Shown here: piece by piece, positions 52,512 through 64,000 of the stretch
Layout of the letters: each line of letters opens with the position of its first letter
How positions within the stretch are numbered: position 1 is the first letter of the stretch
Assembly: GCF_009914755.1 (NCBI RefSeq)
Contig: NC_060940.1
Length of the DNA: 64,000 nucleotides
Source: the human T2T-CHM13v2.0 reference genome, Homo sapiens
Direction: 5' to 3' (one strand)
The notes under the pieces: model-generated
Databases searched by the model: none
What the model was told of the DNA's origin: nothing
Seen by the model: the letters and a program-made list of their open reading frames with translations, nothing else
Translations under genes and position numbers: made by a program

Positions 52512-52930
52512 GGTATGAGTCTCCTGTGGCTGCTGTAACCACCAAAAACCAAGGGAGCTCCAAACGATAGAAATGTATTCTCTCCCGGTTCTGGAGAGCA
52601 GAAGTCTCAAATCAGGGTGTGGGCAGAGCTGTGCTCCCTCTGGACGCCTTTTCCCTCTTCCAGCATCTGTTGGCTGCTGGCGCCCCTTGGCACGTGGTGC
52701 ATCGCTCCAGTCTGGGCTCTGTCTTCCTGGCATGCTCTCCTGGTCTTCTCTCTGTGTGTCTCTGATCTTCGGGTTTAGTGGCTGCCTGGATAACCTGGGA
52801 TGATCTCATCTTGAGATTCTTAATTTCATTACATCTGCAAAGACTCTTTATCCAAATAAGGTCAGCTTCACGGGTTCTAGGTTTAGGACATGGAGGTATC
52901 TTTCTGGAGGCTGCCATTCTCTCCACTATA
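52512..52930 (-). mobile_element. MLT1 solo LTR
   Basis: tggctgctgtaac..gaaatgtattctctcccggttctggag..acatctgcaaagactc..ccaaataaggtca. Confidence 0.75.
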
Positions 52931-54121
52931 TCCAAACAGGTGTCCATCTCTTTCCAGGAAGCACTCCAACTCATAATTCCAGGGCATGACCCAGTGATCC
53001 CAAGTTCAGCCACCCACCCACCCCCAGGTGACATCATCCACACCTCCGGGTACCAGTGGCAGCCTCTCCACTCTTGCCCTCAGAGTCCCTGGGTCCCACA
53101 GATTCGCATGAGTCTTAGACCCGTTAAGAGCAGGGACTCTGAAGTCAGCCTTCAGTTCCAGTCCTGGTTCTACCATTTATGTTACCTGGGCCTCAGTTTC
53201 TTCCTCTGTAAAGTAGGCATAATCAGAGTGCCTATTCCCTAGGACTATTGTGAAAATTTAAAAAGCTGCTATTCATAAAAAACAGGGCCGGCACCCACTC
53301 AATAAATGCGGCCTTGAACTTGAATTCTTCCATGTCTTGATTTGGGGTTCTAGATTCTCGACCTTTCAACATCAAGTCTAAGAGAGCTAGCCCGTGCTCC
53401 TTGGTGGATCAAAGATGGGTTCATGTTCCAGAGCAACAACATCTCAAACCACTGAAATCCACAGAGCCCTTCGTTCCAATGTATTTCCACAACACCGCAT
53501 ACATCAAGCAGATAAACAGAGGCGTAGCTGTGGCAGCAGCTGCTGTGGGGAGGGTGCGGCAGAGCCTGGACCTCCCAAGAGGCTTTTCTGTCCGTAGGCA
53601 GCTGGGTGCCAGGGTCCACGGCCTGTTGAGGTGAAGCAGGCCAGGAGGGGGCCTTCACAGTTTATTCTGCCACAGAGCAGCAATTATTTCTTATTTCCTT
53701 GCCCCATCTTTCCTCAAATATTCCAAGTCCATGTAGAAAGCCCACCTTAGCTCACAAACCATCAAGAAAAGTAAAGGCGAAGGAACTAGACAGAGAAAGA
53801 TTTCACATATTTGTTTTTTTGAAAAACCCCACATGTTCATTGTAGGAAATTTGGAAACCACAGTCAAGCACTTAAACTGAAACAAAAATCAGACGCGGCA
53901 GTGATGGTTCAGTCGCCTCCGTCCCGCCTTCCGCAAATAACCTCAGCGTGTCTGTAAAGTCAAAGGTTGTTATTATTTACACTTGAATTTACTTCAAATG
54001 GTCATAGTTTTTCTAGATCACCAAATAAAACGCTTAATTTTTAAATCATGACACACGTACTTCCTCGTAAACTGTTTGTCCTATAATTATGTTTTGCAAA
54101 CACTTCTGACAACTTTAAATA

Positions 54122-54259
54122 TTTTTTTCTTTCTTTTAGAGGAGAGGCAGGGGTCTCGCTATGTTGCCTAGGCTGGTCTCAAACTCCTGGCCTCAAGTGA
54201 TCCACCCACCTTGGCTTCCCAAAGGGCTGAGATTACAGGCGTGAGCCACCACGCCCAGC
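54122..54259 (-). mobile_element. Free left Alu monomer (FLAM-like)
   Basis: Single arm with TSD-like taaatattttt on both sides. Confidence 0.8.
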
Positions 54260-54375
54260 TAAATATTTTAAGAACATAATTTCTCACCATACAAAGCATT
54301 TACTTGCGGATATGGCCCATCCTTTATTTGCCCAATTACTGTTTACTAGTTATTTATGTAATTGCCATTTTTAGG

Positions 54376-54402
54376 ACACACACACACACACACACACACA
54401 CA
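54376..54402. repeat. (AC)13 microsatellite
   Basis: Perfect run. Confidence 0.9.
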
Positions 54403-54439
54403 TTTAATGTTGTAATAAATCTATCTATCTCTCTATCTG

Positions 54440-55070
54440 TAAATATTTGCAGAACCTCTGAGTATTTCCTTTGAACCAATTCCTACAAATATGATTATTT
54501 TTGAAGACATGCACTTTTTAAGGCATTTGATACCCTTTGCCAAATTGCCCTCCAAAAAGATTGTAACAATTTACAATTTTACCAGCAATATATGATAAGA
54601 GTACTTTTCTCAAACGTTTCCTATTGAATACTGTAATTTTTAAAAACTTAGCCAATTTGGCAGACAAAAAAGAAAGAACATCTGTGTCTCTGTGTGTTTT
54701 CTTGTTATTGTAGATGATTAGTTTTCTATGTTAGTTGGCCAGTGGGATTTCTTCTTTTATAAATTGCTTGATAATACTTTTTGCCCTTCACCTCTTAGGG
54801 TGATCGACTTTATCTTCCTGATTTTCAAGGGTCATCTGCATTTTAAGGACAGTGATTTGCCTTATCCCTTCATTACAATAGGTCTCTTAGCCTTCCAAAG
54901 GCCAATGAGAAAGTTAGACCATCTTTCAAGGATGTTGGTAACATTTTCCCCAATTTGTTGTTTACTTTCTAATTTTGTGATGGATTCATAAAAGGATTTT
55001 ACATAGTCCAATATGTTAATCTTTTTCTTTATGATTTCTTTCTCTACCTATAAAATTCAAAAGGTATGCA
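54440..55070 (-). mobile_element. Old L1ME fragment
   Basis: gccaaattgccctccaaaaagattgtaacaatttac..accagcaata. Confidence 0.6.
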
Positions 55071-55749
55071 AAATCCACTTTTTCCCACCTGAGGTGGAAA
55101 AATCTAGTAAAGATTAAGACTGAGTAAAACCACGTTAATCCAGGAATGAAATAAATGAATGAGATAACATCATAACCCATGCTAGAAAAAGAAAGTTCAA
55201 CTTGGCTTTTAGATTCCAGTTGAGTTCAGGCTTTGTGTTTTGTTTATTAACTCTCTTTTCCTGAATAATGAATCTATGTTTAAAAAATGCCTTCTCAGAT
55301 TTGCTTGGTACGGCAGCTGAAATTGTTATTCTAATGTAACAAGGGATTTCTTTCCTCTCCTCCCTCCTAATCAGGGTATCTCTTTAAGCATATCCACATG
55401 GAGGTTTTCATAGCTCAGTCCCAGATAAAGGAAAGAAACACATAACTGCTTAAATCCTTAAACTGCTTTCCCGTAATTGGGAATCAGAGGCCAAATGCCC
55501 TGACACATTTGGGCGATAGTCTTCGCCTTATAGGGGTCTTGCTTAAGCTCTTTGTAAAGTGGGTGCCAAAATCACCTTATTGTACTAGGATCCCAGCTAC
55601 AACCTCATGCCCTTACTCCCAAGGGCTCGGTTTCCAGGTTAAGGTGCTGCACATCTGCTCCCCTTTTCCAGGGAGTGTTTCCAGGGAGTGAGACTGTGTT
55701 TACATTTGTAGAGACTCATTTATCACTAAACGCTGAACCTCTTCCAGGT

Positions 55750-55930
55750 CAGTGCGTAACACACGTGCATGCTCTCAAATCACCGGGGACTTTGTGAAAA
55801 TGCAGATTTCCAGGCTGCATCTCTGATGATGCTGCTTCAAAGGGGCTCGGGGGAGCACAGGCATCTGCATTTTCAACAGTACCCTCACGAGCTGCTGCTG
55901 CTGCTGGTTCATGCGCTACCTTTTGAGAAC
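55750..55930. mobile_element. MER5A-like MITE
   Basis: aatcaccgggga..aaaatgcagatt..atctgcattttcaaca..ctgctggt..ttttgagaac. Confidence 0.65.
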
Positions 55931-56194
55931 TCCCTTCCCAGGCCAAACCCTTCATCTCAGAGTGGAGGAGAAGTCAACCAAAAGTGGGAAAATCTGCTTT
56001 TAGATTCTCGCCCCAAGAATCCGAGGCCAAATCCAGGCTTGTTGTCTGGATTCTAATTTCCAACCCAACCCTCCCAGGACCCTGCCTTCATGTGGGAAAT
56101 CCTCCGAATCCCACCCTGCATTGCTGCAGAGTGTCCGATTTTCCCAAATTCTTCGTTCGTGGGTCCCCGTCCAGAACGGCCATGGCGTCAGGTG

Positions 56195-56605
56195 GTATAT
56201 TGGCCTCCTGTGTCTGCTGCAACAGAAATGTATTCTCCCAGTTCTGGAGGCCGGAAGTCCAAAGTCAGGGTGCCAGCAGGGCAGAGCCCCCTCTGAAGGC
56301 TTGTCAACTTCTGGCTGTTGGTGGCAGTCCCCGGCTTTCCTTGGCTCGCAGCTTTACGACCTCCGTGTCTGCCTCCATCATCACCAGCCTCCCTGCTGTC
56401 AGTCTCCTGACTTTCTCCTCTGTGTGTCTCTGCCTGTCCCTCTCCTCTTCTTCTATGCACACCAGTCATTGAACTAGGGCCCTCCTGGCCCCGGTATAAC
56501 CTCATCTCAACTAACGACACCTGCAAAGACCCTGTTTCCGAATGAAGTCACATTCTGAGGTTCTGAGAAGGACATGGATTTTGGGGACCCTATTCAACCA
56601 AATAT
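56195..56605 (-). mobile_element. MLT1A/B-like solo LTR
   Basis: caacagaaatgtattctcccagttctggaggccggaagtcc..ctgcaaagaccctgtttcc..gtcacattctgaggt. Confidence 0.78.
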
Positions 56606-57399
56606 ATGTGGTTAGAGAAGTGTCCAATGCTAGAGGGAATGATCTGAGGGCCCGTCCTCACCCGGAGAGCTCCTTCAAAACACACATGCCCGTGACTGCC
56701 AGACTCCCTGCACTAGAATGCCTGGGTGTGGGCACTGCATGTGGGCTATAAACATGTTTCCTTGGGGATTATAATATAAAGCTGTGACCCCTCCCCCTCC
56801 ACACGTAAGAAGGAGTTGTCACTGGGGGCAGCTGCAGAGCCAGGAGCTATAATTCTCAGCCCCCTGGGCTCTGGGACAAGCTGTCATGGTGGCATGAGCG
56901 GATGTCAAGGGAGTCACCTCCCGTCAAAGGCTGAGAAGAGGGCGTGTCTGCTTTGCTCTCCTTTTTCCCAACCACCAGTTGGATGATAAAATCCACAGGG
57001 CTTAAGAGGTGGCAGGGCCACCACGGGAACGATTCTGGGTCCCTGACTCACCTCATGGAGGAAAACAGCAACCGACAAACACCACCTGCATACAGCTCTT
57101 ACCTGGGCAAGAAATTGCCTCTTACTGTCCTGAGACTCGGGGAGCTCATTGTCCCAGCAGCCAGTAATCCTTAAAATTATAACACAGTCCCAGGTCAGAG
57201 CCACAGTGCTACAAAGATATTGGGCCCTCCATGTGTCTATCTTTCCTGAGTCCTTTTTTTATATTACTTTCGATAAACTCAGATTGGAACACAGTATATG
57301 ACTAATGTTTTATATCTTTAACAAAACAGAAGTCAAAAGCACTGCCACTCTCTACCACCCTCCTAGAACTGAGTAACAGGAAGATGTAGATGATCCTGA

Positions 57400-57754
<355 letters not shown>

Positions 57755-60700
57755 TAATGTTTAATTACAGGACCTCATGCATTCCAGATTTCTGCGACTC
57801 CATCTGTGTGCTTCTAAGTTCTTTCTGATCAGCATCGAACGCTGCATTCCCATGGGGTGTGTATGTTTTAAGGTTGTGAGCCAGCTCCAATTTTTACATT
57901 TGGTGGATCCTTCAGAAGAAAGGCACACACAGACACTGAAGCAATACACAGGCGTACTGTGGCTACTGATTCTCGGCCAGTGGAATTGCAGTCGAGAATG
58001 GAGGAGCCCGTTTTTTAAATGAATGAATGAAACAAGCAGGTATTGATCTCTTGCCATAAACCTGGCAATGTGCCAGGCAGAGGAATAGGTGGATATACAG
58101 CTCTTGGTCACCAGGGAACCATTGAGGGAGACCCCTGTGCTCATCAATCATCATAATATCAGGCAAAAAGAGTCATAATAAACACCGTATACTATGCCAC
58201 CAGTCAGTGTGAGTATGAAAAGAAGAGCGTCAACAATTTGCACTGGAGGAGGTCAAGGAAGTTGTCACAGTAGCCACAGCATAACAGGGATTAAATAAGA
58301 CATTGACAGGTGTCGAGCAGATATGCCTGGAGCAGAGAGTATAGCCAAGACCCAGGGAGTAGAGAAGACGCATGGCATTTTGAGGAATCTCTTGTATTTT
58401 GTTTTTCACGCCCCATCCTCTTCACCCTTGGAGGTTTGAAACTAGGGAATCTCCTTTTATTGTTGTTGTTTGTTTGTTTGTTTTTGGGGGGGGGTTCCTT
58501 AATATGTAAAGTTACTTAAAATATTCACCACGTCCTGGTGCCACACTCGGAGCTTTTCCTAAGATGAAATCCAAATTCACCCGTCTCGAAGGTTCCGACC
58601 TTCGGGGACTTGCTGGAAGGCTGACACGTTGCCCTTGGCAGGGGCCCGGTTTCTTCCTGTGCCAACAGTAAGAGAGTAAGATCATGTTGGTTTCAGATCT
58701 TGATTCTTAAGAAAACGCCTGTGGTGTCGCACTTTCTGTAACATAATGGAGCAAACGGGACAATTCCAAGAATTGTGCGCTGGGTCCTGCAGGGCCGCGG
58801 GGCTGTTTTAGGAGCGTCCTGGGTGAGCCTTGAAAGAGACTCACTTATTCAGCACCTAACCCGCCCCCACGCGCCCCTCCCCCCAGGAAAACAAAACAGC
58901 ACATAGGAAAACCGGCTATGAAAATTCCCTTTGGATGGTTTTTTGTACGTCTCTGAATGAAGGTCAAGGGTCATGTAGGGGCAGAAAACACAGCTGAGAG
59001 GGAAAGGCCCTGCGTTCTCCAGCCCAGTCACTTGTCTCCACAGACCACCCCTGCCCACCACGGCATCCCCAGACCCCCCTTCCCACACACAGCCTGGGAC
59101 TCCTCCAGACCGGGTACTGTGTGTCCTTGCCCTTCCTTCTGCCCCTCAGCGCTGCCATCCCTGACCCCAGCCCCTCACCCTTGCTCCCTGAGCCGGGACA
59201 GCCATTGCTTCTGTCGGCCCTGCTACAACCAGATTACGCGTGGCCTGTGTGTCACCACACTGGACCATGAGCCCATGGATAGTGGGGCTCACTCTGGATC
59301 CATTTGTATTTCTGCCAGGACCCGGGGCACGTGGCACCCGGGAAGGGAATGCCAGTGTCTGTGAAAGCCATGAATGAAGGAGTGAGGCGCTATGTTCCTG
59401 AGCCCCCAAAATGGCTGAGCACGGAGGCCCACATGGTAACTCTCGGGAGGGTGCCTTGCTGGCTCCTGCCTTCCCTCTGTCTCATCTGCTCCCCTGCCTG
59501 AGCCTCCTGGACTCACCGCCCAGTCAATGACTCCTGCCTCGAGCTCCATGTGCTCCGTGGAAGCCTGACCTGAGGCAGCAAGCATGTTTAGGGGCCCTAG
59601 CGTTGTCTGTCCTCTGAGGAGTCCCCAGTCTAGGCCCTGAGGGTTAACTTTTCCCTGCCCCCTACTGCTCCTCTCTGGTTTGCAAACACCAAGGACTCTG
59701 GAGAGTGGCACCGGCTTCCCAAATGCCATCTCTTTCAACCCATCCTGGCCCCTCCTGAGGCAGGATGTGCTATCATTCTTGTCCTTCCCATGTTATGGAT
59801 GGGGATACTGAGTCTCAGGGAGATTAAATTCATTACCCACAGTAATGGCCCTGGCGGGTGGTAGAGACAGGATTTGAACCCAGGTAATCGGGCTGCATAA
59901 TCCAGGCTCTGAATCATGAGGCTCAAGCTTTCTGGCTTCCAGGTCTGTCTGTGGACTGAGCACCCTGGAGGCAAGGTGTACAGGGAAGGGGACGGGGCCC
60001 CAACAAACGCCACTCAAGCCCCACCCACCTCCTTCTGCACCAGCTGCCCAGGGCATCAGGACCCACACCAGGAGGTCAGCCTGTGCTCACTCACACGCCA
60101 CAGGCACTGCACACCAAGGGTGCAAGCCAGGGTAATTTCATGAACATCCCCTGACTAGATCCTTAAAGACCCTGGAGGAGGACTCGTGACACCCATTTCA
60201 CAGATGTGCAAACCGAGGCCCAGGGAGGTGAAGTGGCTCAGCCAGCTGAACATGTTACGTTTATGTGTATAAGGGGGTGGGGAATAACTGTTCAGGGTTG
60301 CAAGCGACAGAAACCAACTCGAGATGCAGAAAAGAAAAGGGATAATTGGTGGAACGCACTGGGTATAGAACTGGAAGGCTGGAGAGCCGAGTCTGGACAT
60401 GGGGATGCACTGGGGCTGCCTCACAACAAGAACACCACCCGGTGCCCCCGCTGTGACAAACATATTCCCACTGTTGCTCGTTCTTCCTTCCCTCTGCTCA
60501 CAGTCCATTTCGTATTTGGGGGAAGGACACGCTGCCTAAGCTTGGGTCATGGCGGACCCCATGTCGTGGGGAGGGCAGGCCATGAGCGAACAGGGCTTCA
60601 TCCACAAGAAGAGATAATTTTTCCCCTAAAGGAGATCGAGTGCTCTGACCAAAGGAAGGTGGAGGGGGACTGGGCAGCTCGAGACCAGTCATGGGCACCA

Positions 60701-62974
60701 CCTCGAGGTTATACAGCAAGGTCTTCACTCACGCCTGCATTCATTCATTCCGCTCTTCTTTATTGAGCACCTACTCTGTGCTAGGCACTGTGCTAGAGCT
60801 TGAACTCAAATCACCTGCCCCTGCCTCCATAGTTCCTTGGGATTGCTCTGTGGGGTAAGCTAGACCCTGCACCATCCTATCCGTGAGCAGCCTGGCAGAG
60901 CCACGGGGCAAGCTCATGACCTAAAATTCACCCAGTCACCGAGGCACAGTGACCCTGTGACCCCAGCCAGCAATGCCCCCTCCTCTCCCTCACAGACCCC
61001 CTGAAAAATCTCACTAATTCCTCAAGCAGAGCCCCATCACGCCGAGGTCTGTCCAACAGAGGGGTCGCTGATAGACTCAACACCATCCTTATCTGACCTC
61101 TGGTGGCCTTCCCGGGGTCGTGACCCCAGTAATACCTGGCTTCAGCAGTGGGGGTCTCCTGGAGACAGATGGGCCCCCAGCAAGGGGTTCATAAATCATC
61201 CCGAAAGAGCTTTGCGTCTCTGTATATTCCACAATAGCCTGTGAGGGGCCAGGGCAAGACATGACGGGAAACCAGATCTTCTGGAGAAGGAGTGAAGATA
61301 ACAAGGCATGACGGCTGGGCTTCCCTGGGCTCCTCATTAGCAAGGGCGGCCCAGGACAAAAGCCGACAGCCGAGAGCGGCTAGAGGACACCATGGGTCCG
61401 TTTGCAGGTGCTGTCTCTGCCAGCTTCGGTGCATCTTTCAGCAAGGACGGATGTGGCGGGCAGCATAGGCACCACACATGTGGACATGCACAACATATGT
61501 GCCCTAGTGGCAACCTGGACCATGGGAGGCCCAAAGGATCTGATCCAGGGAGGAGCAGGCGGCACAGGGTCCTTGCTGTGAATCCAGACCTCTGGGTCTC
61601 TCTGGGGAGCCCTTCGGTTGACCCTTAATATGCCTAAGGACTGATTGCACCAGAAATGTGGAGCTCATTCTCCATGCAGAACCTGGCCCTCCATGGCTCT
61701 TAGGGCTGAGGGCTTGCTTGGCTCCACCAGGGTCAGGTGAATGGACAGAAAAAGGTACAGGAACACGGTGGGGAAAGCACGATCCGTGGAATCAAGTGGA
61801 CCTGGGTTTCAGTACTGGCCCCCACTGCCAGCAACTGTGTGGCTTTATCCAGCTTCCTTAACCTTTTGGGTCCTCGGTTTCCTTCCAGAGTCTTCCAGGG
61901 CATTGCCCACTTGGCCCGTAACCTGCTAAATTGCCTCTGATAGTTGGGGTGGTGGCAGGCTGGGAGCTGACATTTGGAGACAGAGTTGAGTTCTCAATTC
62001 CTGCTGTTTGAGTTTGTGCAGGCTGTTAGCCTCTCTGGGATTCCTTTCCTTGCTTGTCCAAGGGTCACGTCCTTCACAGAACCATGGTTATGGGGATGTA
62101 GGCACAGGGCATGGATGTGTGGCATCCAGCATGAAATACCCACCCGATAAAAGACCCACCGGATAAAAATTACCATCATCAGCACGTGGTGCTCACCGCC
62201 AGTAGCCTTGTCTATAAAATCACTTTCCAGGCTGTGGTGCATGTGGCCTTGTGGTGCATGTGGCATTGTGAGAACTTCCAGAGGCACACTGCTTTACATG
62301 CAGGAGGTACTTGAGAAATGGTCATTTCTCTTCCTCCTGGTCTCAATTGCCCTTAATTGCTTTAATTCCTAATAACTCTGAATAGTCAGTCAATCCTGAA
62401 AGTCCCGGTGGCTGGAACCCATGAATGGGATGGTCAGGAAGACACGTGCAGGCCTCCGAGAACCCAGACTTCAAACCTGAAGGCACCTTTTTTCCTCATC
62501 CCTGGTGACCCACTGAAAACAGATGCATTTTGTGAGTCTTGTTTTTTATGAGCGTGGTGGAGACAGTTCATTATGTCCTCAAGATCCTTTCAGTTGTCTC
62601 CTCATCAACAGAACTCAGCAAGTGTACATTTCCCAGGCTCTCTTGCAGCTAGAAGTAGTCATGTGACACCATTCTAGCCAAAGAGATATGAGCTGGGGCT
62701 GTTGCTAGGACACAAACCTGTATTTCCTTGATACTTCTTTCTGTTCTTCCTGGTTTGGCCGCAAGCTGCTGTTTCCATTTAAGGATGCGTCTTATGACCC
62801 TTTTTTATTAGCTCCCTTGGGCCTCCTGAATTCCTTCTTTAATGAAACTATTTTATTTTGGGACTTGGAATCATCCATAGCCATTTTCACTGGATTTCTA
62901 AGTGTACCATTTTGTAACAATGTGCTATGTTTTGAGTTACAAATGTGGGCGCATTTTGTCATTACAAGAGGTAC

Positions 62975-63620
62975 CACATTTTAAAATTTCTAATTGAAAT
63001 ACACAAAAGTACACGTATCATAAATGTGCCACAGGATGAATTTTGTCAACTGAACATGCTCATGTTCGTTTTTTGCCACGGATGTGTTCATGCTGGCTCA
63101 TGTGGGAGATGGATTTTCTTCTTTAGGTCACAGTATGGGTCTCCTGGGGCTGCTGTGACCTAGGTAACCAGCACCCAAATTGAGAAACAGACATCACCGA
63201 CTCCCAGAAGCCCTCCCTTCTCTGAAACCTGCCCTGTCGGAGTAACCACTATCCTGACTTCCATACAGTATTCATTCCCTCTGCCTATGTTCATGCTTTT
63301 ATACATAAATGAAATCATACAGTATGTTCTTTTGTTTCTAGATTCCTTGACTCAACATTGAGTAGGTGACATTCATTTGTGTTGCAGCCTGTGGTTGTGA
63401 CTCATTCATTCTCGCTGCTGCACAATATTTCACTACATCTAAACACCAGCACATCTTTGTTTCTAACAGCTGTCCGGTATCCTCACATGCGGGAGTAAAG
63501 TGCTGTATTTAACTGGTCCTCTTTGAATGGACTTTGGGAGACTTTCTGTTTGGGGGTGATGACCAGCAATGTTGCAATTCTATTCCTGAACATATCCCTT
63601 GGTGTGCTTTCACCAGTATA
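62975..63620 (-). mobile_element. Old L1ME 3' region
   Basis: taaccactatcctgacttc..tatacataaatgaaatcatacagtatg..gactcaacattg. Confidence 0.7.
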
Positions 63621-64000
63621 TAGGCAAATTTCTAGCTTGTCTTTTAAAATGTATCTGCTTCTGAATTGCTGGGCTAATTAAAGAATCATATGGTCCTTTT
63701 GTAATTAAAACAAATCCAACGAAACGCATTCAAATTGCCAAAGTACCCCAGCAGCAAAGTGGAGTCACTTACTCTCTCCCTCTCCTGCCTCCATGAAGTG
63801 ACATATTCTTCCTCCTCTGCGGGCACAGCCTTGAAGCTCACGATCCTTCCACTGCTCTTCCCTCTGGAATGTCTGGAAACAATCTGAAGCCTCGTGAATT
63901 TTATAGGCTCTAAGCATCCATCAGCTGACCTAATCATTTTCAGAGACCTGAAAGTCAGTGTTATCGCCGGTACTACCAAACCTTCACCCGTCGGAAATTG

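Noticed and set aside
58560-58920. CpG-enriched patch (similar ones at 12200-12470, 18840-19050 and 25070-25360)
   Set aside because: Too short and sparse to call a CpG island by eye in a GC-rich region.

Overview
This is human non-coding genomic DNA. Exact matches to the published D16S539 primer sequences around a (GATA)10 repeat at 40540-40579 place it at chr16q24.1, in the gene desert upstream of FENDRR/FOXF1. I can support no protein-coding gene: the long ORFs come from Alus, LTRs or stop-free tandem repeats. The window contains Alu, L1, L2, MIR, MaLR LTR and hAT MER relics, five minisatellite or degenerate arrays, several microsatellites, one perfect CTCF core and several candidate enhancer motif clusters. 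From recalled annotation, the minus-strand lncRNA LINC00917 probably spans about 19.7-33.5 kb. The most notable structure is a three-copy local duplication. A ~720-bp segment (B, 39242-39961) was copied in inverted orientation into an old L1 (A, 33250-33970). Part of A, with its L1 junction, was then copied into a MER5 element (C, 37199-37578). A and B share two apparently identical tracts, although the later-derived C differs from A by ~12%. This implies recent gene conversion between the inverted arms and a candidate 5.3-kb invertible segment. A second oddity is an array of ~21 consensus 5' splice sites on the minus strand at 25760-26432. Repeat subfamily calls and mismatch counts were made by eye and are approximate.
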